Shown in pieces: positions 19,689 through 28,739 of a stretch of DNA of 64,000 bases (positions within the stretch are counted from its first letter, which is position 1; each line of letters opens with the position of its first letter). Origin of the DNA: Candidatus Cloacimonadales bacterium. Lineage in GTDB: Bacteria > Cloacimonadota > Cloacimonadia > Cloacimonadales > JAIOQZ01. Location of the stretch: the NCBI GenBank assembly GCA_963674825.1, contig OY771587.1, forward strand, positions 3,712,001-3,776,000. The letters run 5' to 3'. The notes under the pieces are model-generated. The model did not search any database and was not told the DNA's origin. It was given only the letters and a program-made list of their open reading frames with translations. The position numbers were made by a program, and so were the translations under genes.

Positions 19689-21095
19689 TCAATCATCTAG
19701 CGCTTTCAGCAGACGTTCTGCCTCATCCACACTCAGCTTGCCTTCCTGGAGCATTTGCAGGATTTGCAGTCTGCTCTGATGCTGGTCTTCCTTTTTATGC
19801 TCTTTGTGCTCTTCATGCTCATCACCCTTCACGCGTTTGACTCGCTTGACAATGGTCTTCCATTCTGGGGATTCCTGCAGATCATTGAGATCCTTCTGCA
19901 CCGATTCAGAGATGTTCTTACCCATCTTTGACAGCTTGATTTTGAGCTCAGCGCCGAGATTGTCCAGCTCTTCGCCAAGGTTATCAAGCCCGTTGAGCTT
20001 TTCCTGATCGATCTCCATTTTGTGCTGCATCTTTTCAGAGGCCTTCTGGAGTTTCTCGCTCACTTTTTTGACCTTCTGAGCTACCTTCTCCTGATCTTCG
20101 GGCGATAGATCGATATTGACATTTCCCAGCTCGCCCCCGATTGTCCCGATTACCTTCGATACCACTTTGAGCGCGTGTTTCAGGCCTGTGTGAACACCTT
20201 CGCTAATCGTGTCATGCCCTGGTCTTGCGTCCTGAACCATTTTATTAGACATTACGATCGATCCGTTTTGCGTTTCGGCTTCGATCTTTACCTTTCCACT
20301 GCCGAGTGTTTTCTGGAACTCCTTACCGTGGGGAGTGTTCTTGATAAGGTACTCACCATCGAGCCCGATGAAGAACCTGCCGTTGTCGGTCGTGGCATGG
20401 ATATCGTAATCGACTCCATCGGGGATCACCATCTGGATTTTGCCGTTATCCGTAACAAAGCTAGCCTTGCCCACCTCAAGCGGCTTGAATTCGTAGAAGA
20501 TCTTGCCGTTATCCGTGCGGAGGTTGATGTCGTTGAAATTCATGCGAACACCTGCGATACTGCCATTATCCGTGATCGCCTCGAACCTGCCGCCTTCGCA
20601 TTCCGCGAGCTTGAGCGTTCCGTTGTCCGATTCGATGCTGATATCACCGCGCACTTTCGCGCATTTGACAGAACCGTTATCTGTAATCATCTGCATGTCA
20701 CCTATAACATCTTCCAGTATGAGCGAACCGTTATCGCTTTCCAGCCGGCCTTTCAGAGTGGCGTTAATCACATGAATACTGCCGTTATCTGCTCTTGCTT
20801 CGAGCGTGGAGTTTTCAGGTACAGAGATTACGATACGCGAACGCATCTGGCGTACTTCGGGGTCATCAATCTTGATCTCAACCTGCCCGGCTTCATCATC
20901 GGTTTCCACGCTGATAATATCTTCGATTGTGATTTCGGTATCACGGCGACGCGGCTCGAACTCGATGTCTGCTTCAATGAGCACCTGTCCACTTTCACCG
21001 CCTTTCACGCGGTAGCCAACGTTACCCGATTCAATGACAACACTCGGGGATTCTTTCACTTCGATTGTTTGTTTATGCTCTATCTTTTGCATCAT
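19689..21095 (-). CDS. DUF4097 beta-strand repeat protein with C-terminal SHOCT-like domain
   Basis: Repeated (T/S)DNG(S/K)I units; ILQMLQEGKLSVDEAERLLKAL. Confidence 0.8.
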   Translation of the reverse strand: MMQKIEHKQTIEVKESPSVVIESGNVGYRVKGGESGQVLIEADIEFEPRRRDTEITIEDIISVETDDEAGQVEIKIDDPEVRQMRSRIVISVPENSTLEARADNGSIHVINATLKGRLESDNGSLILEDVIGDMQMITDNGSVKCAKVRGDISIESDNGTLKLAECEGGRFEAITDNGSIAGVRMNFNDINLRTDNGKIFYEFKPLEVGKASFVTDNGKIQMVIPDGVDYDIHATTDNGRFFIGLDGEYLIKNTPHGKEFQKTLGSGKVKIEAETQNGSIVMSNKMVQDARPGHDTISEGVHTGLKHALKVVSKVIGTIGGELGNVNIDLSPEDQEKVAQKVKKVSEKLQKASEKMQHKMEIDQEKLNGLDNLGEELDNLGAELKIKLSKMGKNISESVQKDLNDLQESPEWKTIVKRVKRVKGDEHEEHKEHKKEDQHQSRLQILQMLQEGKLSVDEAERLLKALDD

Positions 21096-21454
21096 TACCT
21101 CCTGCTCTTCTCGAGCTTCATCAGCGCTTCTTCCACACTGATATTACCCTCGCTGATTTCGTTCAATACATCGCTGTAATCTTCTTCAGGGCTGTCATCG
21201 CACAGTTGAATCGCGATCTCAGCCAGACGGTTCTTTACGGTCGGGTAGGATATTTTAAGACGTTTTTCGACTTCTTTGATGTTGCCGCCGCAGCAGATGA
21301 ACACCTTAACAAATTCCTGCTGTGCCGGTGCGAGCGAGGCCAGCTCGCCAATTCCGAACTTACCACGGATTGTAATATCGCAAGCCGGGCAGTGATATTC
21401 GACGATATCGAGCGCTTGATTGCACACCGGACACTGTTTGAGTCTCTTGTTCAT
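21095..21454 (-). CDS. DUF2089 family Zn-ribbon/HTH protein
   Basis: CPVC...CPAC; GNIKEVEKRLKISYPTVKNRL. Confidence 0.9.
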   Translation of the reverse strand: MNKRLKQCPVCNQALDIVEYHCPACDITIRGKFGIGELASLAPAQQEFVKVFICCGGNIKEVEKRLKISYPTVKNRLAEIAIQLCDDSPEEDYSDVLNEISEGNISVEEALMKLEKSRR

Positions 21455-21483
21455 TTAGAACCTCCACTGTAAGATCTGGGTGC

Positions 21484-21570
21484 ATCATCGCGGACTGATT
21501 TTATTATGTCAAGCAGAAAATGAATTTTTTCAATGTTGCCATTAATATTATCAATATCCTGATCAATATT
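21484..21570 (-). promoter_or_regulatory. Putative sigma70 promoter plus upstream TCAATATT-like repeats
   Basis: TTGACA-17-GATGAT (21512-21484); four near copies at 21530, 21542, 21551 and 21563. Confidence 0.45.
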
Positions 21571-21713
21571 CCTTATGTGGCACAAAGCCGATAAGCTCGT
21601 CACACGGCTCAAGAGAAAAGATTATATGAATCCGGTTTCTAAATTATTTGTTACGGGCAAATAAATGATTATCCTATTAACATATATCAGAAAAATCCCC
21701 ATGAGGAGGTACT

Positions 21714-23384
21714 ATGTTCTCCGATATAGAGATTGCCCAAAAGGCAAAACTTCAACCAATTACCGAGATAGCCGGTCAGCTTGGGCTTACACCTGATGAT
21801 CTGGAATTGTATGGCAATTATAAAGCGAAGATAAAATACGAAGCGCTGGACAGAATCAAAGACAAACCGTTCGGCAAGCTGATCCTGGTATCCGCAATCA
21901 CACCTACGCCTGCCGGTGAAGGAAAAACAACAACATCGATCGGACTGGCGCAAGCATTGAATCGCATTGGCAAGAAGACCATCGTCGCAATACGCGAGCC
22001 ATCCCTCGGACCGGTTTTCGGAATCAAGGGTGGCGCAGCCGGAGGCGGCTATTCACAGGTTTTGCCCATGGAGGATATCAACCTCCACTTCACCGGTGAC
22101 ATGCACGCGATCACCAGCGCAAACAACACACTTGCCGCGCTAATCGATAATTACGTATATAATGATAACGAACTCGGACTGGATCCGCGCCGAATTACCT
22201 GGAAAAGAGTCCTCGACGTGAACGATCGCGCACTGCGCGACGTCGTAATCGGCTTGGGCGGAAAAAGCCAGGGCATCCCGCGTGAAGACGGCTTCGATAT
22301 TACTCCCGCATCCGAAATCATGGCGATCCTCTGCCTCTCTAACAATCTTCGCCAGCTCAAGGAACGAATCGGCAACATTACCGTGGGTTACACCTATAAG
22401 GGAGAGCCGGTAACCGTGAAGCAGCTCGGTTTCGAAGGTTCCATCACAGCGCTTCTGAAAGATGCGCTCAAGCCAAATCTGGTGCAGACTATCGAGAATA
22501 CTCCGGCCTTCGTGCATGGTGGGCCCTTCGCCAATATCGCACAGGGAACCAACAGCATCATCGCGACCAAGACCGCGCTGAGGCTAGCGGATTACGTCGT
22601 TACAGAGGCGGGATTTGGATTTGATCTTGGTGCTGAGAAATACTTCGATATCGTGTGTCCGTATGGTCAATATTGCACCAACGCAGTCGTGCTGGTAGCA
22701 ACAGTTCGCGCACTCAAGCATCATGGCGGAGCGTCGCTCAAAGACCTCAACAAGCCTGATACGAAAGCGCTTGAAGAAGGTCTTGCCAACCTTGGAAAGC
22801 ATCTGGAAAACATTCGCAAATTCGGCATGAAATCCGTGGTAGCCATCAACCGCTTTGCGACAGATACCGAAGAAGAGCTCCAGATGGTGCACGATTTTGC
22901 GCTCAAGGAAGATTTCGGCGCGAGTGTTGTTGATTTCTGGGGTCATGGAGGCGAAGGTGGAATCGAGCTGGCGGAAAAGGTGGCAGAATTGGTGGAAAGC
23001 GATTCATGCAAGCTGAATCCGCTTTACGACTGGAATCTTCCCTTTGAGGACAAAATGTTTAAGGTCGCGCACGAGATCTATGGCGCTGAGAATATCGACC
23101 TCACACCGCAAGCGAAGCAGGACCTGAAGAAGATCCAGAAGTACGGATACGAGCATCTTCCGATCTGCATTGCCAAGACGCAGAAATCGCTGTCCGATAA
23201 CCCGCAACTCCTGGGAAGGCCAAAAGACTTTCTTGTTACTGTTCGCGAGATCCTTCTGGCATCCGGCGCTGGTTTCCTAATCCCGATTACAGGTGAGATC
23301 ATGCGTATGCCCGGATTGCCCAAGAAGCCTTCCGCATTGACTATCGATGTGGATGAGAATGGCGATATAAAGGGATTGTTCTAA
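21714..23384 (+). CDS. fhs: Formate--tetrahydrofolate ligase
   Basis: PTPAGEGKTT, GIKGGAAGGGYSQV, VHGGPFANIA, MRMPGLPK. Confidence 0.98.
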   Translation: MFSDIEIAQKAKLQPITEIAGQLGLTPDDLELYGNYKAKIKYEALDRIKDKPFGKLILVSAITPTPAGEGKTTTSIGLAQALNRIGKKTIVAIREPSLGPVFGIKGGAAGGGYSQVLPMEDINLHFTGDMHAITSANNTLAALIDNYVYNDNELGLDPRRITWKRVLDVNDRALRDVVIGLGGKSQGIPREDGFDITPASEIMAILCLSNNLRQLKERIGNITVGYTYKGEPVTVKQLGFEGSITALLKDALKPNLVQTIENTPAFVHGGPFANIAQGTNSIIATKTALRLADYVVTEAGFGFDLGAEKYFDIVCPYGQYCTNAVVLVATVRALKHHGGASLKDLNKPDTKALEEGLANLGKHLENIRKFGMKSVVAINRFATDTEEELQMVHDFALKEDFGASVVDFWGHGGEGGIELAEKVAELVESDSCKLNPLYDWNLPFEDKMFKVAHEIYGAENIDLTPQAKQDLKKIQKYGYEHLPICIAKTQKSLSDNPQLLGRPKDFLVTVREILLASGAGFLIPITGEIMRMPGLPKKPSALTIDVDENGDIKGLF

Positions 23385-23425
23385 AAAAAATAGCCGTTAG
23401 ATAAACACGTTTATGGGGATGTCTC

Positions 23426-23875
23426 TTAGTCGAAGAGCCGTCCCCATATTTCCATCTCCTCGCCGATAAGATCGGAGCATTCATCACAGAGAGGCATGTA
23501 TAGCTGCCTGTCATCCGGCTTGTGGCTATGGAATTTATTCCCGCAATTACAGCACCGGATATCCGTGACATTATCCATGCCAAGTGGACATTTCAACGGT
23601 AATTCATGATAGTCGTCGTTGCAGTCCACAAATCGCTTGAACTCGTCACAGGGCGTTTCGCAGGCAGTGCAACGGAACCATTCCCATTGGTTCTGGTAGA
23701 AATTGGGTACTTCACCGCTGTAAAGCTTGCTGTAAAAACGAAATGCGAGCTTGATGAGGAAATCGATCTTCACCTTCTCGACAGTAAAATCCGGATTTTC
23801 GACAGACAGAATGCCCTGATTGACGATGAGCTCGTCAATGTATCGTTTGAGCAGTTTAAAATGTACTTCTTTCAA
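23426..23875 (-). CDS. Cys-rich hypothetical protein, probably Zn-binding
   Basis: CTACETPC, CPLG, CCNC, CDEC; lies 17 nt downstream of flgM. Confidence 0.6.
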   Translation of the reverse strand: MKEVHFKLLKRYIDELIVNQGILSVENPDFTVEKVKIDFLIKLAFRFYSKLYSGEVPNFYQNQWEWFRCTACETPCDEFKRFVDCNDDYHELPLKCPLGMDNVTDIRCCNCGNKFHSHKPDDRQLYMPLCDECSDLIGEEMEIWGRLFD

Positions 23876-23892
23876 TGGAGGACCGTCGGATT

Positions 23893-24420
23893 TCAGCCAC
23901 GAAGCAATTCAATCAGTTTTTCCGCCGTTTTCTCAAGCACTTCAGGATCGTCGTAATATCCCTGCGCAACGCGATTACGAATCTCGACCAGCTTTTCATT
24001 GTCGATCTCATCCTCGACGGAGTCCATCTCCTCGAACTTGCTCATATATTCCCGTACTTCCAGGTTTCCCCGTACGGTGTCCTGCAGTTCGCGAGGCGAG
24101 ATGATCTTCTCGGAAATCTGCTCGTTCAGGTCATCGCCGTAATAAAAATCGCTATCGAGCTTGTCCTGCACATCGACAAGCTTCTCATTGCGCACTTCGT
24201 CGTACTTCTCCAGCTTCTCCATGGCAAAGCGCAGAATCTGTTCTGTTTCCTGCAGCTGCTTCGCCTGGTCGGAGAATTCGACACGATCCTGCTCGGAGGT
24301 AATCTCCTGGCTGGCTACTGTATCGCTCTTTTTAGCTTTTACTTTGTCTGCGGCCTCTTTTATTCGGTCCTGAGCCGCAGCCTGTGTTCCGATATGATTA
24401 CTTACCTTGTCAACTGTCAT
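23893..24420 (-). CDS. flgM: FlgM-like anti-sigma28 factor with duplicated C-terminal domain
   Basis: DRVEFSDQAK; VRNEKL...DFY and IDNEKLVEIRNRVAQGYY...AEKLI; GGAGG RBS. Confidence 0.75.
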   Translation of the reverse strand: MTVDKVSNHIGTQAAAQDRIKEAADKVKAKKSDTVASQEITSEQDRVEFSDQAKQLQETEQILRFAMEKLEKYDEVRNEKLVDVQDKLDSDFYYGDDLNEQISEKIISPRELQDTVRGNLEVREYMSKFEEMDSVEDEIDNEKLVEIRNRVAQGYYDDPEVLEKTAEKLIELLRG

Positions 24421-24473
24421 ACCGACCTCCACAAGAGCAGACTAGTTCGTACCGATGCAATCGGTCAAGCAAT

Positions 24474-24908
24474 TTATACCCAACGTCTGATCGCATTTTG
24501 AACCATCTCTCTCTTGTTTACGGATTGCGCTTCCGCGTATTCCGGGTTATTCACGATCTCGCTGAACGCGGTTTTCAGGTTTTCCAGAATTCCGATTGAG
24601 CGAGTAAGCATCGTGGGATCATTCTTTGCGTTCGCCTGGGAGAGGTAACGGGAAAGGAAGACATAGATCGATCTGAGGTTCTTCGAGATATCCTGTCCCT
24701 TCTCCATATCCAGCGAATAATTCAGCTCATCGATTATATTCTGAGCCTTCTTGATATATTTACCTTTGTTGTAGTAGTCATTCTTCTCAGCATAAATCCT
24801 GGCTTTGCTGAGGAACGTGATGGCTCCTGAGAACAGCATTACAACGATCTTCCCTCTGTTCATCGTGTTGATGTTGACCTGTTTGTATGCCTGAAGCCGT
24901 TGATCCAT
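24474..24908 (-). CDS. fliS: Flagellin export chaperone FliS
   Basis: AYKQV, KIVVMLFSGAI.FL, IIDELNYSLDMEKG.DISKNL.SIY. Confidence 0.93.
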   Translation of the reverse strand: MDQRLQAYKQVNINTMNRGKIVVMLFSGAITFLSKARIYAEKNDYYNKGKYIKKAQNIIDELNYSLDMEKGQDISKNLRSIYVFLSRYLSQANAKNDPTMLTRSIGILENLKTAFSEIVNNPEYAEAQSVNKREMVQNAIRRWV

Positions 24909-24928
24909 TATTCCCCCTGTGATCTTGG

Positions 24929-27271
24929 TTAGCCTATCGCCGGGATGGATGCGATCTGCTGTTGAAGCTCTTGCAACTGGCCGTTATAGTCGGTCAGCGC
25001 TGTTTCCAGGTTCGCAAAGCGTGTCCGGTAACGTTCTTCAACAAGCGCCACTCGATCCAACTCCCTTTCGATTTTCGTTTCAATGTTATCTATTATATTC
25101 TCGTAGCTATCCTCGAGAACTTTAATCATTCCGTCTTCTTCGTTGAGAATATCGTCCATGAGGTCGTCGAATTCGTGCGATTTTCCATATTTCACACGGA
25201 CGGTTCCCTCATATGTTCCTGAAGCGCTATTCAGCATCTGCAAAGCCATACCCTTGCCATCGCCGGAAGGAACCGTGAGTAGATTTCCTTCAATTTTCAT
25301 CGTGATACCATCGGCTTCGGTCTCACCGTCTTTCCAGAGAATTCCACTGGTCGGATTACCGCTTCCATCGACATTGATTTTGTAATGATAGGTTCCGGGC
25401 TGCGTAGCGTTTGTACCACTATAGTATCCAACATTCGTATTGTCGGTTACGCCGACCTTGTTATCCGAGAAATATCCGACAACAGCGTCGGGATCCTCAT
25501 TCAGCGCTTCCCGAAGCACTTCGTCGTCGAATTCGAGAAGGTCGTCGTCGCTGGTGGAAATTCCGAGCTGCGAGAGAAGAAGATATGGGTCTTCCCCATC
25601 TTCATAGCCCTCGGCGCGACTGACCAGGAAGGTTTTCAGCTTGCTTTCCATAAGAATCAGGGTATAGTTACCCGCAAGTGCGGCTGATTGATTGGCACTT
25701 GAGGTTGTCGATTTGTCATCATCAGAAGTATACACAGACACTTCGGTTTTCGGATCGACCGCAGTTATCTCGTTGATGTAACCCATAACATCGTTGTAAC
25801 CGTCAACGAAATCATTCACCAGAGAGGTCATCGTATCAACATCGTTCTCAACCGTAATTTCACTCGTACCGACCGATCTGATCGTTACGGAAGCACCATC
25901 AACCAGATCCGTATAGAGGTTTGTGTCATTCTGGATATAGTTACTTCCGGATGGATAACCATCAAGTTTGACCATCGCGTTGGTCGCACTTTGAGTCTCA
26001 TTGAAAGATCCCGATGCAAATCCGCTCCCGGCGAAGCTGGAGAAATCCAGGTCCTCAATTTTATTTGCTGCGCCTGTCTTTGTTCCCGTTAATACCAAAT
26101 GATAAGCATTCGGAGCACCGGTACCATCATTAACTATCGTAGCCTTTACACCCGGGTTGTTCGGATCTTCGTTGATCTTCTCCGCAAGTTCTTCGAGTGT
26201 GGTTCCTGCAGCTATGGAGATCGGGGCAATTGACCGGCCTGCAAAGGTATAGGAGAATGTTGCGTCTGCCGTCGTAACAGGTGTAGTATCACGATCCGCC
26301 ATACCGGAATGCACTTCCTTTTCAGCAGATGCAATACCGTCATCCTGCGCCTTCTGGTAGTCGGTATGGAACACATCCACCGCGAAGAGCGCATCTTCTT
26401 CGTAGGTCTCACCAGCAGCAAAAGTAAGCTGGACACCCTGCGTAACGCCAAATGTGCCGGCTTCCGTAATCGTCATGGTTCCCGAGCGGCCTTCGACGTC
26501 GTCGGTCCATCGGATTTTAACATCGTCCGTACCGATTTCACCGCCCTCGATAACCTCGAAATTAAAGCGCTTGTTCACGTGGCCAGTGTAACCACCTGCA
26601 CCGGAATTGACAGTGAAGGTATCCCCTCCCTTGTCGTCGATCACTTCCACATCATCGATACCCTTGCTGAATAAATCCGTATTGGTTTGCATTACCGTGA
26701 TTTCATTCGCGCTTCCGCCTTCATCGGCAGTGATTTGAAGCCTGTAGGCATTACTCGAAGAGCCGTCATTGACAACCTCAGCGCTAACACCGTCCAGAGC
26801 GTCAATTTCGGCCGCGATATCATCGAGTGTCTTACCGCCAGTTCCATCGATTGTTCCCAAGTCCGTACCACCGACCGAGACCGTGATAATCTCTGTGACA
26901 TCGTTCAACGCGATATCCGTACTTGCGGAATAACCCCGGCTGGAAAAGATGTGCTGGATATTAGATCCGACTTCGACAGAGTAAGTGCCGGGCTGGGCCG
27001 TACTATCGACCGCCACAGTAGCAACATCTTCATTACTGCTGGATGCAAGCCGTTTCCAGAAAGAGGAGGGTGTACTCAGTTTGGTCATGATCGAATCGAG
27101 ACTCGAAAACTTGGTGCGAAGCTCTCCGAGGAGATCAATCTTCTCCTCCCACTCGGTCTTCCAGTCTTCAAGCTGATTCGCTTGATACTTTTCAGCTTCT
27201 ACAAGCTGATCGATCATCGAATCGAAATCGATTCCGGATGATAGTCCGGAAAAGGATATTGTACCTGACAT
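24929..27271 (-). CDS. fliD: Flagellar filament cap protein FliD
   Basis: FSGLSSGIDFDSMIDQLVEAE N-terminus; FVDGYN; RYRTRFANLE C-terminus. Confidence 0.93.
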   Translation of the reverse strand: MSGTISFSGLSSGIDFDSMIDQLVEAEKYQANQLEDWKTEWEEKIDLLGELRTKFSSLDSIMTKLSTPSSFWKRLASSSNEDVATVAVDSTAQPGTYSVEVGSNIQHIFSSRGYSASTDIALNDVTEIITVSVGGTDLGTIDGTGGKTLDDIAAEIDALDGVSAEVVNDGSSSNAYRLQITADEGGSANEITVMQTNTDLFSKGIDDVEVIDDKGGDTFTVNSGAGGYTGHVNKRFNFEVIEGGEIGTDDVKIRWTDDVEGRSGTMTITEAGTFGVTQGVQLTFAAGETYEEDALFAVDVFHTDYQKAQDDGIASAEKEVHSGMADRDTTPVTTADATFSYTFAGRSIAPISIAAGTTLEELAEKINEDPNNPGVKATIVNDGTGAPNAYHLVLTGTKTGAANKIEDLDFSSFAGSGFASGSFNETQSATNAMVKLDGYPSGSNYIQNDTNLYTDLVDGASVTIRSVGTSEITVENDVDTMTSLVNDFVDGYNDVMGYINEITAVDPKTEVSVYTSDDDKSTTSSANQSAALAGNYTLILMESKLKTFLVSRAEGYEDGEDPYLLLSQLGISTSDDDLLEFDDEVLREALNEDPDAVVGYFSDNKVGVTDNTNVGYYSGTNATQPGTYHYKINVDGSGNPTSGILWKDGETEADGITMKIEGNLLTVPSGDGKGMALQMLNSASGTYEGTVRVKYGKSHEFDDLMDDILNEEDGMIKVLEDSYENIIDNIETKIERELDRVALVEERYRTRFANLETALTDYNGQLQELQQQIASIPAIG

Positions 27272-27288
27272 GAGATACCTCCATTATT

Positions 27289-27316
27289 ATATCGTACGCG
27301 AGGCCGTTGCACTTTA
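27289..27316 (-). promoter_or_regulatory. Putative sigma28 promoter of fliD
   Basis: TAAAG...TACGATAT (TAAA-N16-) versus consensus TAAA-N15/16-GCCGATA(A/T). Confidence 0.55.
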
Positions 27317-27369
27317 GAAAAATCACGTTAATCTGAGCCGATTCAATCGGTTTTTCTCACCCATGATTT

Positions 27370-27386
27370 TGCAATCGGGATGCCAA
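27370..27386 (-). promoter_or_regulatory. Putative sigma54 (-24/-12) promoter of fliD
   Basis: TTGGCATCCCGATTGCA, with exact GG-N10-GC spacing. Confidence 0.7.
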
Positions 27387-27545
27387 TCGTTTTTTCTGTA
27401 AATGGAGGCTAAAAGCGCTTGTGGGAATTGGTTTTATCGATAAGGTATGAAATTTTTTCCAGAGATAGAGAATATTTTTCCCGTGTAACCAGCCGGAAAC
27501 AGAACGCTCCTCGAACCAGTAGCGTGCAACTTGAAACTCGTTTTT

Positions 27546-28430
27546 TTACAACGCTTCGATTAGCGTCAGTGCCATCGAAGGTAGTGCATTCGCCTGTGCC
27601 ATCATCGCGATTCCGCTCTGCATGAGGATCAGGCTGCCGACATAGGATGTCAATTCCTCGGCGAAATCGACATCGATGATATCCGATTCGGCAGCACTCA
27701 GGGTGTTAATCTGCGAGTCAAGGTTGTCGATGCTTCCTTCAAGGCGATTTTGCATTGCTCCCAGCCATGCCATTGCGTTATCCTTGTTGATAATCGCCGT
27801 ATTGATGATCTCCAGCGCGGTTGCAGCCGCAGTCTGGGTTGAAATGGCGATATTGGGGTTAGAGAAAAGGGATTGTGTTCGTACGTCTTTCACCGAGATG
27901 TAGTAGTAATCTTCCGCCCGGACATTGCCATCGCCCACGTGAACGAGAACGCCGTCGTTCGGTTCTGTCCATCCTCCGGATGTCGTGTAGGTGGAGGATG
28001 ATTCGAGCGATCCATCAAGAAGCTTCATGCCGTTGAATGTGGTGGAGCCGGCGATGCGATCGATCTCGGAAGCCATAAGCTGGAACTCGGAGTGCAGTAT
28101 CAAGCGTTGTGACGAAGTATAGGTTCCTGTCGAGGCCTGTTCGGCAAGCTCTTTCATGCGAATGAGCTTTTCGTCGATGACATTCATCGCGCTTTCGGCT
28201 GTCTGAATGAGCGATTGAGCATCCTGGGCGTTGTTACGCGCTTGAGAATAGGTCGCTTCCTGGGCACGCATCATCTCGTACATGGCAAGCCCGGCAGGGT
28301 CGTCAGAAGCGGTATTGATGCGCAGTCCTGTGCTTAGGCGCAACGTGGACCGGGTAAGGTTTTGCAGAGCAGATGTAAGACTGGTGGAAATCAGTCCGCT
28401 GATCGAATCCACATTGAAACTCAGAGCCAT
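27546..28430 (-). CDS. fliC: Flagellin (divergent N-terminus)
   Basis: RLSTGLRINTASDDPAGL, IDEKLIRMKELAEQA, GAMQNRLE, DVDFAEE, AQAN. Confidence 0.9.
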   Translation of the reverse strand: MALSFNVDSISGLISTSLTSALQNLTRSTLRLSTGLRINTASDDPAGLAMYEMMRAQEATYSQARNNAQDAQSLIQTAESAMNVIDEKLIRMKELAEQASTGTYTSSQRLILHSEFQLMASEIDRIAGSTTFNGMKLLDGSLESSSTYTTSGGWTEPNDGVLVHVGDGNVRAEDYYYISVKDVRTQSLFSNPNIAISTQTAAATALEIINTAIINKDNAMAWLGAMQNRLEGSIDNLDSQINTLSAAESDIIDVDFAEELTSYVGSLILMQSGIAMMAQANALPSMALTLIEAL

Positions 28431-28581
28431 ATCAACCTCCTTGTCGCTGGACGCGACGGGGCATTATGGCTATGTCTTGGCGACGGCAAACCTGCGAATG
28501 CAGATAGAGTGATCCTACTCTTGGGATTGCTGAGAGAACCAGAATTGCTGTGTAGAAAACGCTAACCAACCTTATACGCTT

Positions 28582-28610
28582 AATATAGAATGGCGATAGA
28601 ATGCTGTCAA
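28582..28610 (-). promoter_or_regulatory. Putative sigma70 promoter of flagellin
   Basis: TTGACA-17 nt-TATATT. Confidence 0.6.
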
Positions 28611-28739
28611 TCTTTTTTTCGCCATAATTCGACAGCAGGCCTCCATTGCACGATTTTACAGATTTTCATTGACGAAACCTGATTCGGTAAAGCAAATTAT
28701 CGTTCAAGAAATGAATGTGTATTATGGAGGAAACTAACC

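Noticed and set aside
20175..21179. 334-aa plus-strand ORF
   Set aside because: Antisense shadow of the DUF4097 gene with no recognisable motifs.
21571..21713. THF or ZTP riboswitch upstream of fhs
   Set aside because: No recognisable consensus elements.
23875..24501. 208-aa plus-strand ORF
   Set aside because: Antisense to flgM, which has clear motifs and an RBS.
28484..28530. GGCAAACCTGCGAATGCAG resembling part of a c-di-GMP-I riboswitch near flagellin
   Set aside because: It is on the strand opposite to flagellin and lacks the following GACGCAAA element and second stem.
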